This document shows positions 38,872-54,418 of a stretch of 64,000 bases of DNA, one piece after another. This DNA is from Eledone cirrhosa. Taxonomy: Eukaryota. The notes beneath the pieces were generated by a model that worked only from the letters and a program-made list of their open reading frames with translations, ran no database searches and was not told the DNA's origin. How positions within the stretch are numbered: position 1 is the first letter of the stretch; each line of letters starts with the position of its first letter. Where the stretch lies: the NCBI GenBank assembly GCA_964016885.1, contig OZ024743.1, positions 11,656,001 to 11,720,000 on the forward strand. Direction: 5' to 3'. The translations under genes and the position numbers were made by a program.

Positions 38872-39095
38872 GTTGAAAATTGCAAACTTGACTGTCACCA
38901 CATATTATGAACCTGAAGATTGCGAAAGCATGAAAGTACTTGTTCAATTAACACTTAGAATTTAATATTCTATCATACTATTTCATTATAATACCATTAT
39001 GAATTTTAATGGATTGTAAATAAAACGAGTAAATCAGACAAAGTTGGAATTCCTCTTATTAATATAATCTTCTATACACAATCATACACACCCGT
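38870..39095 (+). mobile_element. Solo terminal repeat of the 24.9-26.1 kb Penelope family
   Basis: Near-identical to 25837-26058; embedded in (TA)n. Confidence 0.85.
38908..38946 (+). ncRNA. Minimal hammerhead ribozyme (family E, intact core)
   Basis: tgaac-CTGAAGA-ttgc gaaa gcat-GAAA-gtac-TT-gttca; 39 nt. Confidence 0.8.
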
Positions 39096-39105
39096 GTATA
39101 TTTAC

Positions 39106-39141
<36 letters not shown>

Positions 39142-39181
39142 TATGTATGTATGTATATATATGTATGTATGTATATATATG

Positions 39182-39233
<52 letters not shown>

Positions 39234-39307
39234 TATGTATGTATATGTATGTATGTATGTATGTATGTGTATGTATGTATGTATGTATATGTGTATATAT
39301 ATGTATG

Positions 39308-39354
<47 letters not shown>

Positions 39355-39639
39355 ATGTATATGTATGTATATATATGTATGTATGTATATATGTATGTAT
39401 TAAGTGTAAGGAATTCTTTTACAATGGAATTAGCTCGAAAGGAAATATTCCTGAGCCGTGTATAAAAGTAATATATATGAGTAATATATATGATGAAACA
39501 GATACCAACATATCTGTATTTATATTGCAAAAGAAAGTTAGCCAGACTGAAGAATATTAATTATTTTACCACAGTTCGTCCATACCGATTTAAAATAATA
39601 ATAATAATAAATCGACAAAAACTAGCTGTGCCGCCAATG

Positions 39640-39669
39640 TTTGTATATGTATGTATGTATATAGATATG

Positions 39670-39701
<32 letters not shown>

Positions 39702-39706
39702 TATGT

Positions 39707-39747
<41 letters not shown>

Positions 39748-39758
39748 TATGTATGTAT

Positions 39759-39796
<38 letters not shown>

Positions 39797-40239
39797 GTAT
39801 ATGTATATATGTATATATGTATGTATGTATGTATATATATATATGTATGTATATATGTATGTATGTATGTATATATATATATATATATGTATGTATATAT
39901 GTATGTATGTATATATGTATATATATATATGTATATATATGTATATATATGTATATATATGTATATATATGTATATATATGTGTATATATGTGTATATAT
40001 ATGTATATATATGTGTATATATAAGTGTATATATAAGTGTATATATATGTGTGTATATATGTGTATATATGTGTATATATATGTGTATATATATGTGTAT
40101 ATATGTGTATATATATATATATATGTATATATATGTATATATGTGTATATATGTATATATATGTATATATATGTATATATATATATATATATATGTGTAT
40201 ATATGTATATGTATATATATGTATATATATGTATATATG

Positions 40240-40270
<31 letters not shown>

Positions 40271-40295
40271 GTATATATATGTATATATATATGTG

Positions 40296-40326
<31 letters not shown>

Positions 40327-40662
40327 GTATATATATGTATGTATATATATATATGTATATATATGTATATATATATATATGTGTATATATATATATGTAT
40401 ATATATGTATATATATATATATATGTATATATATGTATATATATATATATGTATATATGTATATATATGTATATGTATATATGTATATATATGTATATAT
40501 ATATATATGTATATATGTATATATGTATATATATGTATATATGTATATATGTATATATATGTATATATATATATATGTATATATGTATATATATATATGT
40601 ATATATATATATGTATATATATATATGTATATATATATATGTATATATATATATGTATATAT

Positions 40663-40696
<34 letters not shown>

Positions 40697-40947
40697 ATGT
40701 ATATATATATATGTGTATATATATGTGTATATATATATATGTGTATATATATGTGTATATATATATATATGTATATATATGTATATGTATATATATGTAT
40801 ATATATATATGTATATATATGTATATATATATATATATGTATGTATATATATATATATATGTATGTATATATATGTATATATATGTATATATATGTATAT
40901 ATATGTATATATGTATATATATGTATGTATATATATGTATATATATG

Positions 40948-40982
<35 letters not shown>

Positions 40983-41327
40983 GTATGTATATATATGTAT
41001 ATGTATATGTATATGTATATATATGTATATGTATATATATATGTATATGTATATGTATATATATATGTATATGTATATATATATGTATATGTATATGTAT
41101 ATATATATGCATATGTATGTATATATATATATGTATATATATATGTGTATATATATGTGTATATATATGTATATATATATGTATATATATATGTGTATAT
41201 ATATGTATATATATGTGTATATATATGTATATATATGTGTATGTATGTATATATATATGTATGTATGTATATATATATGTGTATGTATGTATATATATAT
41301 GTATGTATATGTATGTATATATATATG

Positions 41328-41359
<32 letters not shown>

Positions 41360-41363
41360 TATA
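39640..41363. repeat. Giant (TA)n/(TATG)n microsatellite. Others at 41812-42592, 43240-43577, 43755-45444, 48950-49175, 53612-53812, 55106-55690, 57385-57610, 57782-58143
   Basis: Direct reading. Confidence 0.97.
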
Positions 41364-41364
41364 T

Positions 41365-42017
<653 letters not shown>

Positions 42018-42086
42018 ATATATATATATGTGTATATATATATATGTGTATATATATATATATGTATGTATATATATATATGTATG

Positions 42087-42119
<33 letters not shown>

Positions 42120-42136
42120 GTGTATATATATATATG

Positions 42137-42369
<233 letters not shown>

Positions 42370-42427
42370 GTATGTATGTATATATATATATATGTGTATA
42401 TATGTATGTATGTATGTATATACATAT

Positions 42428-42467
<40 letters not shown>

Positions 42468-42550
42468 GTATATATATATATATGTGTATATATATATATA
42501 TATATGTATGTATATATATGTATATATATATGTATGTATATGTATGTATA

Positions 42551-42591
<41 letters not shown>

Positions 42592-42594
<3 letters not shown>

Positions 42595-43239
42595 AACGAA
42601 CTAAGGAAAAAATTAGAAATAAGAGGGATCAGATGTTGTTTACTAGAGAGAAGGCTACGTTGGTATGGTCACGTGATGCGCATGAAGGATGATAGCTGTA
42701 TAACAAAGTGCAGGGCAATAAAGATAGACGGTAGCCACGGAATAGGCAGACCCAGAAAAACCTGGGACGAGCTGATAAACACCGACCTCACACACTTACA
42801 CCTCACCAAGACAATGTCACTGGACCGAGACCTTTGGCGGTACTCAGTAATAGAGAAGACCCGCCTTGCCAGTAGGCATCTCTAACAAAATACACCCCGT
42901 CCCACCACCACCACCCCCACCCCATCCACACCACCCCGTTCTATGTAAAGTTATGTTGGTGCCGCGCCATCCAGGCCGAAACAAATGAGATCGTGTAGGT
43001 GTCACGACAAAAAAACACACAGTCCACGCTGTAATGTGGCCGTGTAGGCAACACGGTAAAAACCTCCCAGACCTACACTGTAAATGTGGTTGGTGTTAGG
43101 AGGGGCATCCAACTGTAGAAAACCTGCCAGACAGTCCTATGCGAGCAAGAAAATCACTCTTGCCTCAAGTGGGACTACCCCCGTCCAAACCCATGCAAGC
43201 GTGGAACACGGACGTTAAACGTTGATGATGATGATGATG

Positions 43240-43240
<1 letters not shown>
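42592..43240 (+). mobile_element. RTE-clade LINE 3' fragment ending in (GAT)n
   Basis: [19 protein letters not shown]; near-identical to 47760-48430. Confidence 0.95.
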
Positions 43241-43298
<58 letters not shown>

Positions 43299-43330
43299 TG
43301 TATATATATGTATATATATATGTATATATG

Positions 43331-43401
<71 letters not shown>

Positions 43402-43410
43402 GTATATATA

Positions 43411-43477
<67 letters not shown>

Positions 43478-43508
43478 GTATATATATATATATGTATATA
43501 TATATATG

Positions 43509-43539
<31 letters not shown>

Positions 43540-43660
43540 GTATATAAATAAATATATATATATATATATATATATATTAAGATAAGCAGAACAAGTAAAA
43601 TTCAATCAATTTTTCAAAATACATTAAAAAATATAATATAAATATTTACCTCTTCTAGTG

Positions 43661-43742
43661 GCCCTTACTGATCAGTTTCGCTTTGTAAAACCTCATAAAT
43701 CCGATGGATTTATGATGGAAAACCAAAGCTCATCAGAGAAGC
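43661..43742 (-). ncRNA. Hammerhead ribozyme (family F)
   Basis: Reverse complement: gcttct-CTGATGA-gctttg..tcataaatcc atc ggatttatga..caaagc-GAAA-ctgatcag-TA-agggc; sits between two giant TA tracts. Confidence 0.8.
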
Positions 43743-43782
43743 ATTTTCCCTTCCTATATATATATATGTATATATATATATG

Positions 43783-43813
<31 letters not shown>

Positions 43814-43852
43814 GTATATATATGTATATATATATATATATGTATATATATG

Positions 43853-43890
<38 letters not shown>

Positions 43891-43902
43891 TGTATATATA
43901 TG

Positions 43903-43951
<49 letters not shown>

Positions 43952-43952
43952 G

Positions 43953-44021
<69 letters not shown>

Positions 44022-44046
44022 GTATATATATATATATATATGTATA

Positions 44047-44127
<81 letters not shown>

Positions 44128-44176
44128 ATATATGTATATATATATGTATATATATCTATATATGTATATATATATG

Positions 44177-44209
<33 letters not shown>

Positions 44210-44210
44210 G

Positions 44211-44307
<97 letters not shown>

Positions 44308-44458
44308 GTACATATATATATATGTATATATATATGTATATATGTATATATATATATATATGTATATATATATGTATATATGTATATATATATATATATG
44401 TATATATGTATATATGTATATATATGTATATGTATATATATATGTATATATGTATATA

Positions 44459-44491
<33 letters not shown>

Positions 44492-44614
44492 ATATGTATA
44501 TATATATATGTGTATATATGTATATATATATATATGTATATATATATGTATATATATGTATATATGTATATATATATATATGTATATATGTATATATATG
44601 TATATATATATATG

Positions 44615-44685
<71 letters not shown>

Positions 44686-44708
44686 GTATATATATATGTA
44701 TATATATG

Positions 44709-44764
<56 letters not shown>

Positions 44765-44828
44765 TGTATATGTATGTATATGTATATATATATATGTATA
44801 TGTATGTATATGTATATATATATGTATG

Positions 44829-44879
<51 letters not shown>

Positions 44880-44912
44880 GTATATGTATGTATATGTATA
44901 TATATATGTATG

Positions 44913-44966
<54 letters not shown>

Positions 44967-45070
44967 TATGTATATGTATGTATATGTATATATATATATG
45001 TATATGTATGTATATGTATATATATATGTATGTATATATATATGTATGTATATATATATGTATGTATATG

Positions 45071-45101
<31 letters not shown>

Positions 45102-45444
45102 GTATATGTATGTATATGTATATGTATATATATGTATATATATGTATATATATGTATATGTATATATATGTATATATATGTATATATATATGTATATGTA
45201 TATATATGTATATGTATATGTATATATATGTATATATATGTATATATATATATATGTATATATGTATATGTATATATATGTATATGTATATATATGTATA
45301 TATATGTATATATATATGTATATGTATATATATGTATATGTATATGTATATATATGTATATATATGTATATGTATATATATGTATATATATGTATATATA
45401 TATATATGTATATATGTATATGTATATATATATGTATATATGTA

Positions 45445-48429
45445 TTGGACAACATTGTGACGGCTACGACGAAATCCATGGAGGCTATGGGTTTGGTACT
45501 AGAAATGAGGAAGGCTCCAGAATCCTGGAATTCTGTGATGCAAATAACCTAACTATCTGTAACACTAACTTCACAAAACGTGACATCACCTGATCACCTA
45601 TAGATCCGGGGAACACACAAGCCAGGTAGATTATATCCTTACCAGAAAACGTGACAGAGTGTCTGTTGTAAACACTAAATCCCTCCCCCATGAAGAATGC
45701 ACCTCCCAACATAGACTGATAATTAGCGACCTCATAGTCAGGACGAGACGTATTCGACAGCAGAAAAGGACTATCCTCAGGAGGAAAATATGGAAGCTAA
45801 AGGACCCCACAGCCAGGAATAAATTTCAAAGCATATTACTTGATGCTTTCGACAGTAAGGAAGAACATTTAGAGTCGGACAATATAGAGGGAGAGTGGGA
45901 ATTTCTGAAAGCAAACCTGCTGTTGGCGACAGACGAAGTCTGTGGCTGGAGCAGGCCTGTAGGCAGGAGGAGAGTAACATGGTGGTGGAACAGTAAGGTG
46001 GAGGGGTCAATTAAGGCCAAAAAGCAGGCTTGGAAAGTATGGCGGGATGGGGGAAGTAGAGAAGACTATCAAGTGGCCAGGAGGGAAGCTAGGAGACAAG
46101 TGTACTTAGCAAGAAGGGAAGCTGAGGAAAGAAAGTTCAAGCATGTTCTACAACGCGATGACCAAAAACGTGAGGTGTTCAGGATTGCTAGGCAATGCAT
46201 CAAGGAAAACCGTGATATTGTCGGGGAGAAGTGTGTACTAAACGACGATGGCACACTTGCCATCACCGACGCTGATAAGAAGGTAGCTTGGAAGTGTCAC
46301 TATGAAAGGCTACTAAATGAGGAGAATAAATGGGAGAAAGACAGTCTCCCCCATATCGACCCAATAGAGGGACCAGCAGTGTTAGTCGAGGGGAGTATAA
46401 TAAGTAAGGCAATCAAGGATATGAAGACGGGTAAGGCGGCTGGGCCTTCGGAAATAGTAGCTGAGATGCTGAAGGCATCTGGCACGGTGGGACACACCAT
46501 GGTCACCCGCATAGTTAACCAAGTCGTACAGAATGGGGTTGTTCCGAAGGACTGGCGTAGCAGCATCATCGTTAACTGTTATAAGGGTAAAGGAGACGCC
46601 CTAGATAGGAGTAACTATAGAGGCATTAAATTAATCGACCAGGTCATGAAGGTCACGGAAAAAGTAATAGCACAACTAATCAGAGAGAGAATTGACCTAG
46701 ATGAAATGCAGTTCGGGTTTGTGTCAGGCAAAAGTACCACAGACGCTCTTTTCATTGTACGACAACTACAGGAGAAGTACCTAGCTAAAGGTAAACCCCT
46801 CTACTTAGCTTTTGTCGACTTGGAGAAAGCCTTCGACAGAGTCCCCCGCTCCATTATCTGGTGGGCTCTTAGAAAACTAGGCGTTGACGAATGGCTTGTG
46901 AGAGCTATACAAGCCATGTATAAAGAAACAGTCAGCAAGGTTAGAATTAACAACGAATATAGTGAAGAGTTTAGCGTAAAAGTTGGCGTCCATCAGGGCT
47001 CTGTTCTCAGCCCCCCTACTATTTATTATTGCCCTTCAGGCTATAACAGAGGAGTTCAAGACCAGCTGCCCATGGGAACTCCTATACGCAGACGACCTGA
47101 CACTCATAGCGGAATCAATGGCCAAGCTAGAGAAGAAATTCCAAACATGGAAGCACGGCCTAGAATCAAAAGGCCTTAAAATTAACCTGGCTAAGACTAA
47201 AGTTCTAGTTTGTAGGAAAGAAAATAAGGCGGCGGTCCCTTCTGGGAAATGGTCGTGCTCGGTGTGTAGGAAAGGCGTAGGTAGAAACTCCATTTTGTGT
47301 CCCAAATGCAAAGTATGGGTGCATAAAAGATGTAGTGGGATCACAGGTAAGCTGACTAAGAACATAGATTTTACATGTGGCCGGTGTTCTGGGGATATAA
47401 GTAGCAGCAAGTGCCCACAAAATACTAGCTCTTTCAACTGCGCAGAGGGTTCTATAGAAATAGTGGACAGCTTCCGTTACCTGGGTGACAAAATCAGCAG
47501 TGGGGGAGGGTGCTCTGAAAATACAGTAGATAGAGTCAGAACTGGATGGAAAAAGTTCAGAGAGCTTATACCACTATTAGCAGCTAAAGGGTTCTCCCTA
47601 AAAATGAAAGGCAGGTTGTACGATGCCTGCATACGAACAGCAATGTTGCATGGCAGTGAGACCTGGGCATTGTGTGCAGAGGATATACGCAGACTAGAGA
47701 GAAACGAAGCTTGCATGCTCCGCTGGATGTGTAATAGTAATATACGTGAACGGCAAAGCATAAACGAACTAAGGAAAAAATTAGAAATAAGAGGGATCAG
47801 ATGTTGTTTACTCGAGAGAAGGCTACGTTGGTATGGTCACGTGATGCGCATGAAGGACGATAGCTGTATAACAAAGTGCAGGGCAATAAAGATAGACGGT
47901 AGCCACGGAATAGGCAGACCCAGAAAAACCTGGGACGAGCTGATAAATTCCGACCTCACACACTTACACCTCACCAAGACAATGTCACTGGACCGAGACC
48001 TTTGGCGGTACTGAGTAATAGAGAAGACCCGCCTTACCTAAATACAAAGTAAAACCTACTACAGTCAGTAGGCATCTCTAACAAAATACACCCCCCGTCC
48101 CACCACCCCCACCCCATCCACACCGCCCCTTTCAATGTAAAGTTATGTTGGTGCCACAACATCCAGGCCGAAACAAATGAGATCGTGTAGGTGTCACGTC
48201 AAAAAAACACACAGTTCACGCTGTAATGTGGCCGTCTAGGCAACACGGTAAAAACCTCCCAGCCCCACACTGTAAATGTGGTTGGTGTTAGGAAGGGCAT
48301 CCAGCTGTAGAAAACCCGCCAGATAGTCCTATGCGAGCAAGATAATCACTCTTGCCTCAAGTGGGAAAACCCCCGTCCAAACCCATGCAAGCGTGGAACA
48401 CGGACATTAAACGTTGATGATGATGATGA

Positions 48430-48433
<4 letters not shown>
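45445..48433 (+). mobile_element. 5'-truncated RTE-clade LINE (partial APE endonuclease, RT with PHD insertion, 3' UTR)
   Basis: QVDYIL, QHRL, NYRGIKL, QFGF, FVDLEKAFDRV, GVHQGSVLSP (+1 frameshift near 47012), [17 protein letters not shown]; premature TGA at 48012; (GAT)n tail. Confidence 0.95.
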
Positions 48434-48473
<40 letters not shown>

Positions 48474-48946
48474 TAATATTTGATGAACATTTACATGTTA
48501 TAGTTGCAATTGACTAATAAGATCGCTAGAGTGAAAAATCTTAATTCAACAACATAAGGTCTGCCTGTACGATCTAGAAAATAATAAATCAAAACTCACA
48601 GACTCATATGGGCAAAAAGCCTTGGTACCTAGACACGTTTAAAATTCAAAATACAAACTTTTTCCGCAGATCGGTCAGAACTTCAAACTTCAAACATGTT
48701 TCACAAAGGATGGTATAATAGTAAAATAATTAACTAATTAGCAGTGAGTTAATCAACTTTTTCTGTGTTTATTAATAGGCACCCAGATAAAAATAAAATA
48801 ACTCAACCTTAGAAAAATATCTAAGGTCTGGTTAGCGTAGCGAAAATACACAAGGTTTTGCACACGGTTTATTCCAGTCCTCTAACGTCCCACACATAGT
48901 GCTAGAAATAACAGCCGTTTGTATGGGATTACAAAATTCAGCTCAC

Positions 48947-48992
<46 letters not shown>

Positions 48993-49040
48993 GATATATA
49001 TGTATATATATATGTATATATATATATATATATATGTATG

Positions 49041-49071
<31 letters not shown>

Positions 49072-49176
49072 GTATGTATATATATATATATATGTATGTA
49101 TGTATATATATATATATATATATGTATGTATATATATATATATGTATGTATGTATATATATATACATAATGTATGT

Positions 49177-52100
49177 ATCATCATCATCATCATCATCAAC
49201 GTTTAACGTCCGTGTTCCACGCTTGCATGGGTTTGGACGGGGGTAGTCCCACTTGAGGCAAGAGTGATTGTCTTGCTCGCATAGGACTGTCTGGCAGGTT
49301 TTCTACAGTTGGATGCCCTTCCTAACACCAACCACATTTACAGTGTGGGTCTGGGAGGTTTTTACCGTGTTGCCTACACGGCCACATTACAGCGTGGACT
49401 GTGTGTTTTTTTGTCGTGACACCTACACGATCTCATTTGTTTCGGCCTCGATGGCGCGGCACCAACATAACTTTACATAGAACGGGGTGGTGTGGATGGG
49501 GTGGGGGCGGGGGTGGTGGGACGGGGTGTATTTTGTTAGAGATGCCTACTGGCTGGAGTAGGTTTTACTATATATTTAGGTAAGGCGGGTCTTCTCTGTT
49601 ACTGAGTACCGCCAAAGGTCTCGGTCCAGTGACATTGTCTTGGAGAGGTGTAAGTGTGTGATGTCGGAGTTTATCAGCTCGTCCCAGGTTTTTCTAGGTC
49701 TGCCTATTCCGTGACTACCGTCTATCTTTATTGCCCTGCACTTTGTTATACAGCTATCGACTTTCATGCGCATCACGTGTCCATACCAACGTAGCCTTCT
49801 CTCGAGTAAACAACATCTGATCCCTCTTATCTCTAATTTTTTCCTTAGTTCGTTTATGCTTTGCCGTTCACGTATATTACTGTTACACATCCAGCGGAGC
49901 ATGCAAGCTTCGTTCCTCTCTAGTCTGCGTATATCCTCTGCACACAATGCCCAGGTCTCACTGCCATGCAGCATTGATGTTCGTATGCAGGCATCGTACA
50001 ACCTGCCTTTCATTTTTAGTGAGAACCCTTTAGCAGCTAATAGTGGTATAAGCTCTCTGAACTTTTTCCAACCAGTTCTGACTCTAGCTACAGTACTTTC
50101 AGAGCACCCTCCCCCACTGCTGATTTTATCGCCCAGGTAACGGAAGCTGTCCACTATTTCTATAGAACCCTCTGCGCAATTGAAAGAGCTAGTAGTTTGT
50201 GGGCACTTGCTGCTACTTATTGCACCAGAGCACCGGCCACATGTAAAATCTATGTTCTTAGTTAGCTTACCTGTGATCCCACTACATCTTTTATGCACCC
50301 ATACTTTGCATTTAGGACATAAAATGGAGTTTCTACCTACGCCTTTCCTACACACCGAGCACGACCATTTCCCAGAAGGGACCGCCGCCTTGTTTTCTTT
50401 CCTACAAACTAGTACTTTGGTCTTAGCCAGGTTAATTTTAAGTCCTTTTGACTCTAGGCCGTGCTTCCATGTTTGGAATTTCTTCTCTAGCTCGGCCATT
50501 GATTCCGCTATGAGTGTCAGGTCGTCTGCGTATAGGAGTTCCCATGGGCAGCCTGTCTTGAACTCCACTGTTATAGCCTGAAGGGCAATAATAAATAGTA
50601 GTGGGCTGAGAACAGAGCCCTGATGGACGCCAACTTTTACGCTAAACTCTTCACTATATTCGTTGTTAATTCTAACCTTGCTGACTGTTTCTTTATACAT
50701 GGCTTGTATAGCCCTCACAAGCCATTCGTCAACGCCTAGTTTTCTAAGAGCCCACCAGATAATGGAGCGGGGGACTCTGTCGAAGGCTTTCTCCAAGTCG
50801 ACAAAAGCTAAGTAGAGGGGTTTACCTTTAGCTAGGTACTTCTCCTGTAGTTGTCGTACTATGAAAAGAGCGTCTGTGGTACTTTTGCCTGACACAAACC
50901 CGAACTGCATTTCATCTAGGTCAATTCTCTCTCTGATTAGTTGCGCTATTACTTTTTCCGTGACCTTCATGACCTGGTCGATTAATTTAATGCCTCTATA
51001 GTTACTCCTATCTAGGGCGTCTCCTTTACCCTTATAACAGTTAACGATGATGCTGCTATGCCAGTCCTTCGGAACAACCCCATTCTGTACGACTTGGTTA
51101 ACTATGCGGGTGACCATGGTGTGTCCCACCGTGCCAGATGCCTTCAGCATCTCAGCAACTATTTCCGAAGGCCCAGCCGCCTTACCCGTCTTCATATCCT
51201 TGATTGCCTTACTTATTATACTCCCCTCGACTAACACTGCTGGTCCCTCTATTGGGTCGATATGGGGGAGACTGCCTTTCTCCCAATTATTCTCCTCATT
51301 TAGTAGCCTTTCATAGTGACACTTCCAAGCTACCTTCTTATCAGCGTCGGTGATGGCAAGTGTGCCATCGTCGTTTAGTACACACTTCTCCCCGACAATA
51401 TCACGGTTTTCCTTGACGCATTGCCTAGCAATCCTGAACACCTCACGTTTTTGGTCATCGCGTTGTAGAACATGCTTGAACTTTCTTTCCTCAGCTTCCC
51501 TTCTTGCTAAGTACACTTGTCTCCTAGCTTCCCTCCTGGCCACTTGATAGTCCTCTCTACTTCCCCCATCCCGCCATACTTTCCAAGCCTGCTTTTTGGC
51601 CTTAATTGACCCCTCCACCATGTTACTCTCCTCCTGCCTACAGGCCTGCTCCAGCCACAGACTTCGTCTGTCGCCAACAGCAGATTTGCTTTCAGAAATT
51701 CCCACTCTCCCTCTATATTGTCCGACTCTAAATGTTCTTCCTTACTGTCGAAAGCATCAAGTAATATGCTTTGAAATTTATTCCTGGCTGTGGGGTCCTT
51801 TAGCTTCCATATTTTCCTCCTGAGGATAGTCCTCTTCTGTTGTCGAGTACGTCTCGTCCTGACTATGAGGTCGCTAATTATCAGTCTATGTTGGGAGGTG
51901 CATTCTTCATGGGGGAGGGATTTAGTGTTTACAACAGACACTCTGTCACGTCTTCTGGTAAGGATATAATCTACCTGGCTTGTGTGTTCCCCGGATCTAT
52001 AGGTGATCAGGTGATTGTCACGTTTTTTGAAGTTAGTGTTACAGATAGTTAGGTTATTTGCATCACAGAATTCCAGGATTCTGGAGCCTTCCTCATTTCT

Positions 52101-52800
52101 AGTACCAAACCCATAGCCTCCATGGATTTCGTCGTAGCCGTCACAATGTTGTCCAACGTGACCATTTAGGTCGCCTGCGATAATTATATAGTCACTGTCG
52201 GATATTTGGGAGGTAGTTAGCATTAGTGTCTCATAGAATCTGTCTTTTATAGTGCCGGGCAGTCCGGATTGGGGTGCGTACGCAGATATTACTGTCACCG
52301 TAGTTCTATTGAGGACAAGTCGTATTTTAATTATTCTGTCGTTCACTCTATTTACGTCTATTATCTTATCTGCCCACTTTTCTGCTACCATGATTCCTAC
52401 TCCACCCAGCCCATCGTCGTTTCCCACTCAGAAAAGCTTATAACATCGTTTTTTACCCTCAATGAACCTAGCAGATCCACCCCTCCACCTGGTCTCTTGA
52501 ATACAACAAACATCGACCTCCTTACGTTCAAGCATTTCTACAACCTCGTTAGCGCGACCCTTTAGGGTGCCTACATTTATGGTACCAACTCTGAAGTTTT
52601 GGATTGCGTTTGGGGGTTGGGGGCGGTGGGGGGCGGGGGGCGATGGGGTTATGTTAGCCGTCCGCGGTCGAAACAATGAGGAGTGCTCGCATTCTCGTCC
52701 AAGAGGTGAATTTGTCTTTATCTTTGGCATTGTCGCTGAGCGTCCAGATTTTTCTCTCTCTCTCACCTCCACTCTCCAGGATTCCGCAGTCCATCCATCC
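49177..52800 (-). mobile_element. Near full-length RTE-clade LINE (single ORF APE-RT from about ATG 52730), two lesions
   Basis: GTINVGTL..CIQETRW, SAYAPQ, GDLNGHVG, all RT motifs; nonsense TGA at 52428-52430 and short frameshifting deletion near 51620 relative to the plus copy. Confidence 0.95.
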
Positions 52801-52844
52801 ATCATATATCGAAAGGCAACCAGGCAAGCGGTAGTATAGGCCTC

Positions 52845-52985
52845 TGGTTTCTGATTGGTCCGCGTAATAATACTGGTGATGCGTGGGGGCTCTGTTTTAT
52901 GATTGGTCCACGTAATAGCAATGGTGGTGCGTGGGGGCTCTGTTTTATGATTGGTCCACGTAATAGCAATGGTGGTGCGTGGGGG
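52845..52985. repeat. 48-bp tandem repeat x~3
   Basis: gattggtccacgtaatagcaatggtggtgcgtgggggctctgttttat repeated. Confidence 0.85.
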
Positions 52986-53312
52986 TGGGAGGGAGGGGTG
53001 TTGGGTAGCTAGCAAGAAGGTAATGATTGAATGGGGTCCTTGCATTTAACAAGCGATTAACAAAAATACAAAATTTGTTCTGTTAAATACGCCCAAAAAC
53101 TTTCGTATTTAACAATTAATAGAAACAGAAAATGTAGTTTGTTTTAGCGATAGATTGGCTATTTGGACTTGATACGAAATATGGATTGTTTTGAAAATAC
53201 GCTAGAATTAAGATTTGTGGAGGGAGAGAAATGAAATCCGTACATTACGTTTACGTTTACATGATTATCGTGGGTACACAGCAAGCAATGAAATTTGGCG
53301 AAGTGAATTCCT

Positions 53313-53389
<77 letters not shown>

Positions 53390-53698
53390 TGGCCACATGA
53401 TGGCTGTGTGTGTTAGGCGTTTGACCGCCCCGTGCCTTCGAAGAAGGAAGAAGGAAAGGATTTTGTGTTTTTTGTTTTGAAGTTACGCTAGAATTAGGGA
53501 TTGAGGTTTGAAAATAGCTAGCAAGAAGGTAATGATTGAATGGAATGGGGTCCTTGCATTTAGGCGTTTGACCGCCCCATGCCTTCGAAGAAGGAAGAAG
53601 GAAAGGATTTTGTATATATATATATATATATGTATGTATATATATATATATGTATGTATATATATATATGTGTATGTATATATATATATATATGTATG

Positions 53699-53740
<42 letters not shown>

Positions 53741-54340
53741 TGTATGTATATATATATATATGTATGTATATATATATATATATGTATGTATATATATATA
53801 TATGTATGTATGTGGACATCCTGCAGGACTAAAAACAAAACCTGTCAAAGGGCAAAGGAGCTCTTAAAAGTCAATGGCCATCCAAAATCACCGGGAGAGA
53901 TGACCCCTTAGCCTTTGTCAAGGCAGAATTCTAGGAGAAGGAAAACTCTGATATAACACCTGCAACCCTGATGGTATCCAATGATGTTGACTTGTTCTTC
54001 TTTTTGGTAAATATCATCTTGGTTAAGAGAGTGGGACTGGCTTTGTGCAGTGCCTTTGCTCACTATAAAAGCTTCACGGCACAGGCATTGCTTTGTATCT
54101 GGAGATCTCTCTGCACTTGTCCTCACATGGTACCATGGGCCCAGCACTATGTGTCAATAATTGTCACAGGTGTAGTGTTTGTACCAGAGTTTTCAAGTCG
54201 CTGGCTGGACTAAAAAGTCACACTCGTTCAGCGCTTCGGTAGGGGTTCTCCTACATGGATATAAAGTAGTGGCCGTACTCGAAAACGAGTTGGCAGCCAC
54301 CATGTATGTATGTATATATATATATATATATGATGATATG

Positions 54341-54418
<78 letters not shown>

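Noticed and set aside
39488-39635. ATGATGA-hairpin and CTGAAGA motifs as hammerheads
   Set aside because: Core incomplete; no GAAA after the stem.
47036-47761. Antisense ORFs conserved in both RTE copies
   Set aside because: Expected from the near-identity of the copies; no recognisable domain.
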